Source: Seison nebaliae
Taxonomy: Eukaryota
Length of the DNA stretch: 35,425 nt
Reading direction: 5' to 3'
Assembly (NCBI GenBank): GCA_023231475.1
Contig: JALJEE010000769.1
Span: 1-35,425 of the forward strand
In this document: piece after piece, positions 33,599 through 35,425 of the stretch
How the letters are laid out: every line of letters starts with the position of its first letter
Position numbering within the stretch: position 1 is the first letter of the stretch
Position numbers and translations under genes: made by a program
The notes under the pieces: generated by a model
What the model was told of the DNA's origin: nothing
Database searches by the model: none
Seen by the model: the letters and a program-made list of their open reading frames with translations, nothing else

Positions 33599-34685
33599 TT
33601 AAAAAGCAATTTTTCTTCTTCGACCTGTATATTTCGTATCGGCTCGAACTTCTTTTCCTTGACGTCTTCGTCTTTCCTTTTTACTGAGAACTCGTTGACG
33701 TCGTGTTATTGTAGGACCTTTCTTATTCTTCTTTACATTCCCTCGTTCACGTCGAAGATTTAATTGGTTTTTCGAATCATCCAAATCTTCAAAACAAAAT
33801 TGTATAAATAAATTTTAAAAAAATGAACTTGGAGGTAAATCGTTGATTGTGCCACCAGTAAATAAACACAAATATATTTTTTTAGCTCTTGTTGAATTAG
33901 GATAATCGATAACTAGACCTCCTGTAAAACCACATAACATCGCTTGTTTCATAATCAAATCAGCTTGCGTTTGACTTGACGGATAGAACTGGAATACAGC
34001 TTTTCCTCCTTGCACTAATGAAGCGAAAATAGTTTGGAAAAACTTTCTAAGACGCTTTATCGGATTGTGATCGTTTCTATCACTATTACACAACCATTGA
34101 ATGGCTGATATGCTTATAATTGCGTCAAATGAGGCTAATATCCATAAATGTTAGAAAGATAAGAGAAACAAACGTACCTGGTCTGAATGGAACACCATCA
34201 CCAATATCATTTAAAACGGCATCACCATTATTTAATAAGTTCTTATTATTTTCTTCTTCTTCATTATCATCATCTTCTTCTTCCGTATCCATATCATCAT
34301 TATCATCATCATCATCATCTTCTTCTTCTTCTTCTTCTGATATCATTTCAAGATCATTAATTGGTTTGTTTCGTTTATTATGGAAAACATTCAACATCGA
34401 TTCACTGATATCAACACCCACCTATTTAATTACTTCATGTTTCGAGAAAGATTTTACTTAAAATTAAACCCAGTAATGACCTGCTTTTGCTACTACTTCC
34501 CCACTCAAGCCAGACCCACAACCAACATCTAAAATCAATGAGCATTCTTCCAAATTCAACAACTCTAATGCTCTTTCCGATAATTTCTTCTGGATAGTTC
34601 GTATTCGACTGTTTTTCGTATATTTGGCAGCTTCCTCGTCGTTGTAAAAGTATTGGGGAGGACCTTGTGATTCAGGACGAGACAT
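33599..34685 (-). CDS. BUD23: 18S rRNA m7G methyltransferase BUD23/WBSCR22, 4 exons
   Basis: MSRPE..PP..FYNDEEA.KYT.NSR, LDVGCGSGLSG, ISISAIQWLCN, GFTGGLVIDYPNSTRAKK and TKYTGRRR. Introns 34422-34469, 34135-34177, 33787-33828. Confidence 0.97.
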
Positions 34686-35425
34686 CGTGCTTTCAGATTG
34701 ATTACGAAGCTTCTTTCTTAAAAGTTAACCTGAGATAAAAAACAACGATATACTATGGTTTATCTGAAATATTTAATTAAATTACATTATTATGTGTATA
34801 AAATATACATCATAATACATGTATTACCCTACAATAGGTTTTAGTTATAACTTTACAGAACTGTGTTATATCAACGTTATGATTTTATTATGAAAATTTT
34901 ATTCGAAGATAATTCGACAAATACTATTATAAAACAATAAAACTTAAGGTAAAATAAGTAAAAGATGTTATAAAGTCTGCGTTATTTTACATATGCTTAT
35001 GAATATGCTATTGAAGAAACAAGATCTTTTTTAATATAATCTTCATTTGATCAATCCAATTAATCTTTATTATACATATAGTATTATTATTATTATTTAT
35101 TGATTAAATTCCCGTCGGGATAAATTAGAAAAAAGTGAAAAAAAAAAAATTTGATCTTCGCCGATATTGATTAATCGGTGTAATTCGGCGAGAGAATCCA
35201 TATCGATTGGCATAGAAACTGCGGGATCAAAGGAAAAAGTGAAATCTCTAAAATCCTCAATTGGAATCTAAGGCGATAAACCGTAATAACGAACAGTATG
35301 CGAAAATATCGATCGATTATTTAGGATGTCTATGTTCGGAATTTGTGACATGTGAAAATTCGAATCGGTGATTTTGTCAATAAGTGTAAAGACTCGACGA
35401 GAGAAGAGAATAGGTAGGGGAAGGA

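Noticed and set aside
1..35425. Transposons, rRNA, tRNA or spliceosomal snRNA genes
   Set aside because: No transposase or RT motifs, terminal repeats, or U1/U2/U5/U6, tRNA or rRNA signatures seen by eye. Divergent copies cannot be excluded without Infernal.

Overview
AT-rich, very gene-dense eukaryotic DNA, almost certainly animal (Maf, MORN4, C20orf85/LLC1, MOXD1-like, NCS family). It holds about 21 protein-coding genes, uses the standard genetic code, and most introns are 39-70 nt. Recognisable genes: probable divergent NDC80, C20orf85/CIMIP1, RRP1/Nop52, a very large Maf bZIP protein, a two-domain Kazal inhibitor, MORN4, TAF12, PKMYT1 (Myt1), a degenerate DBH/MOXD1-like protein, CRIPT, an MSP-domain protein, an expanded NCS-family EF-hand protein and BUD23. 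There are also several orphans. The most striking signal is the splicing code. Of 35 coding introns I placed by hand, 32 begin GTT rather than GTA/GTG, the two longest begin GTTAGT, and about a third end in AAG. This suggests a shifted 5' splice-site code, possibly a variant U1 snRNA. Other highlights: a basic 230-aa antisense gene nested in a MORN4 intron, a probable 5-nt microexon, and a pair of secreted Cys-rich paralogs with furin sites. All homology calls come from remembered motifs, not database searches, and all intron positions are manual predictions.
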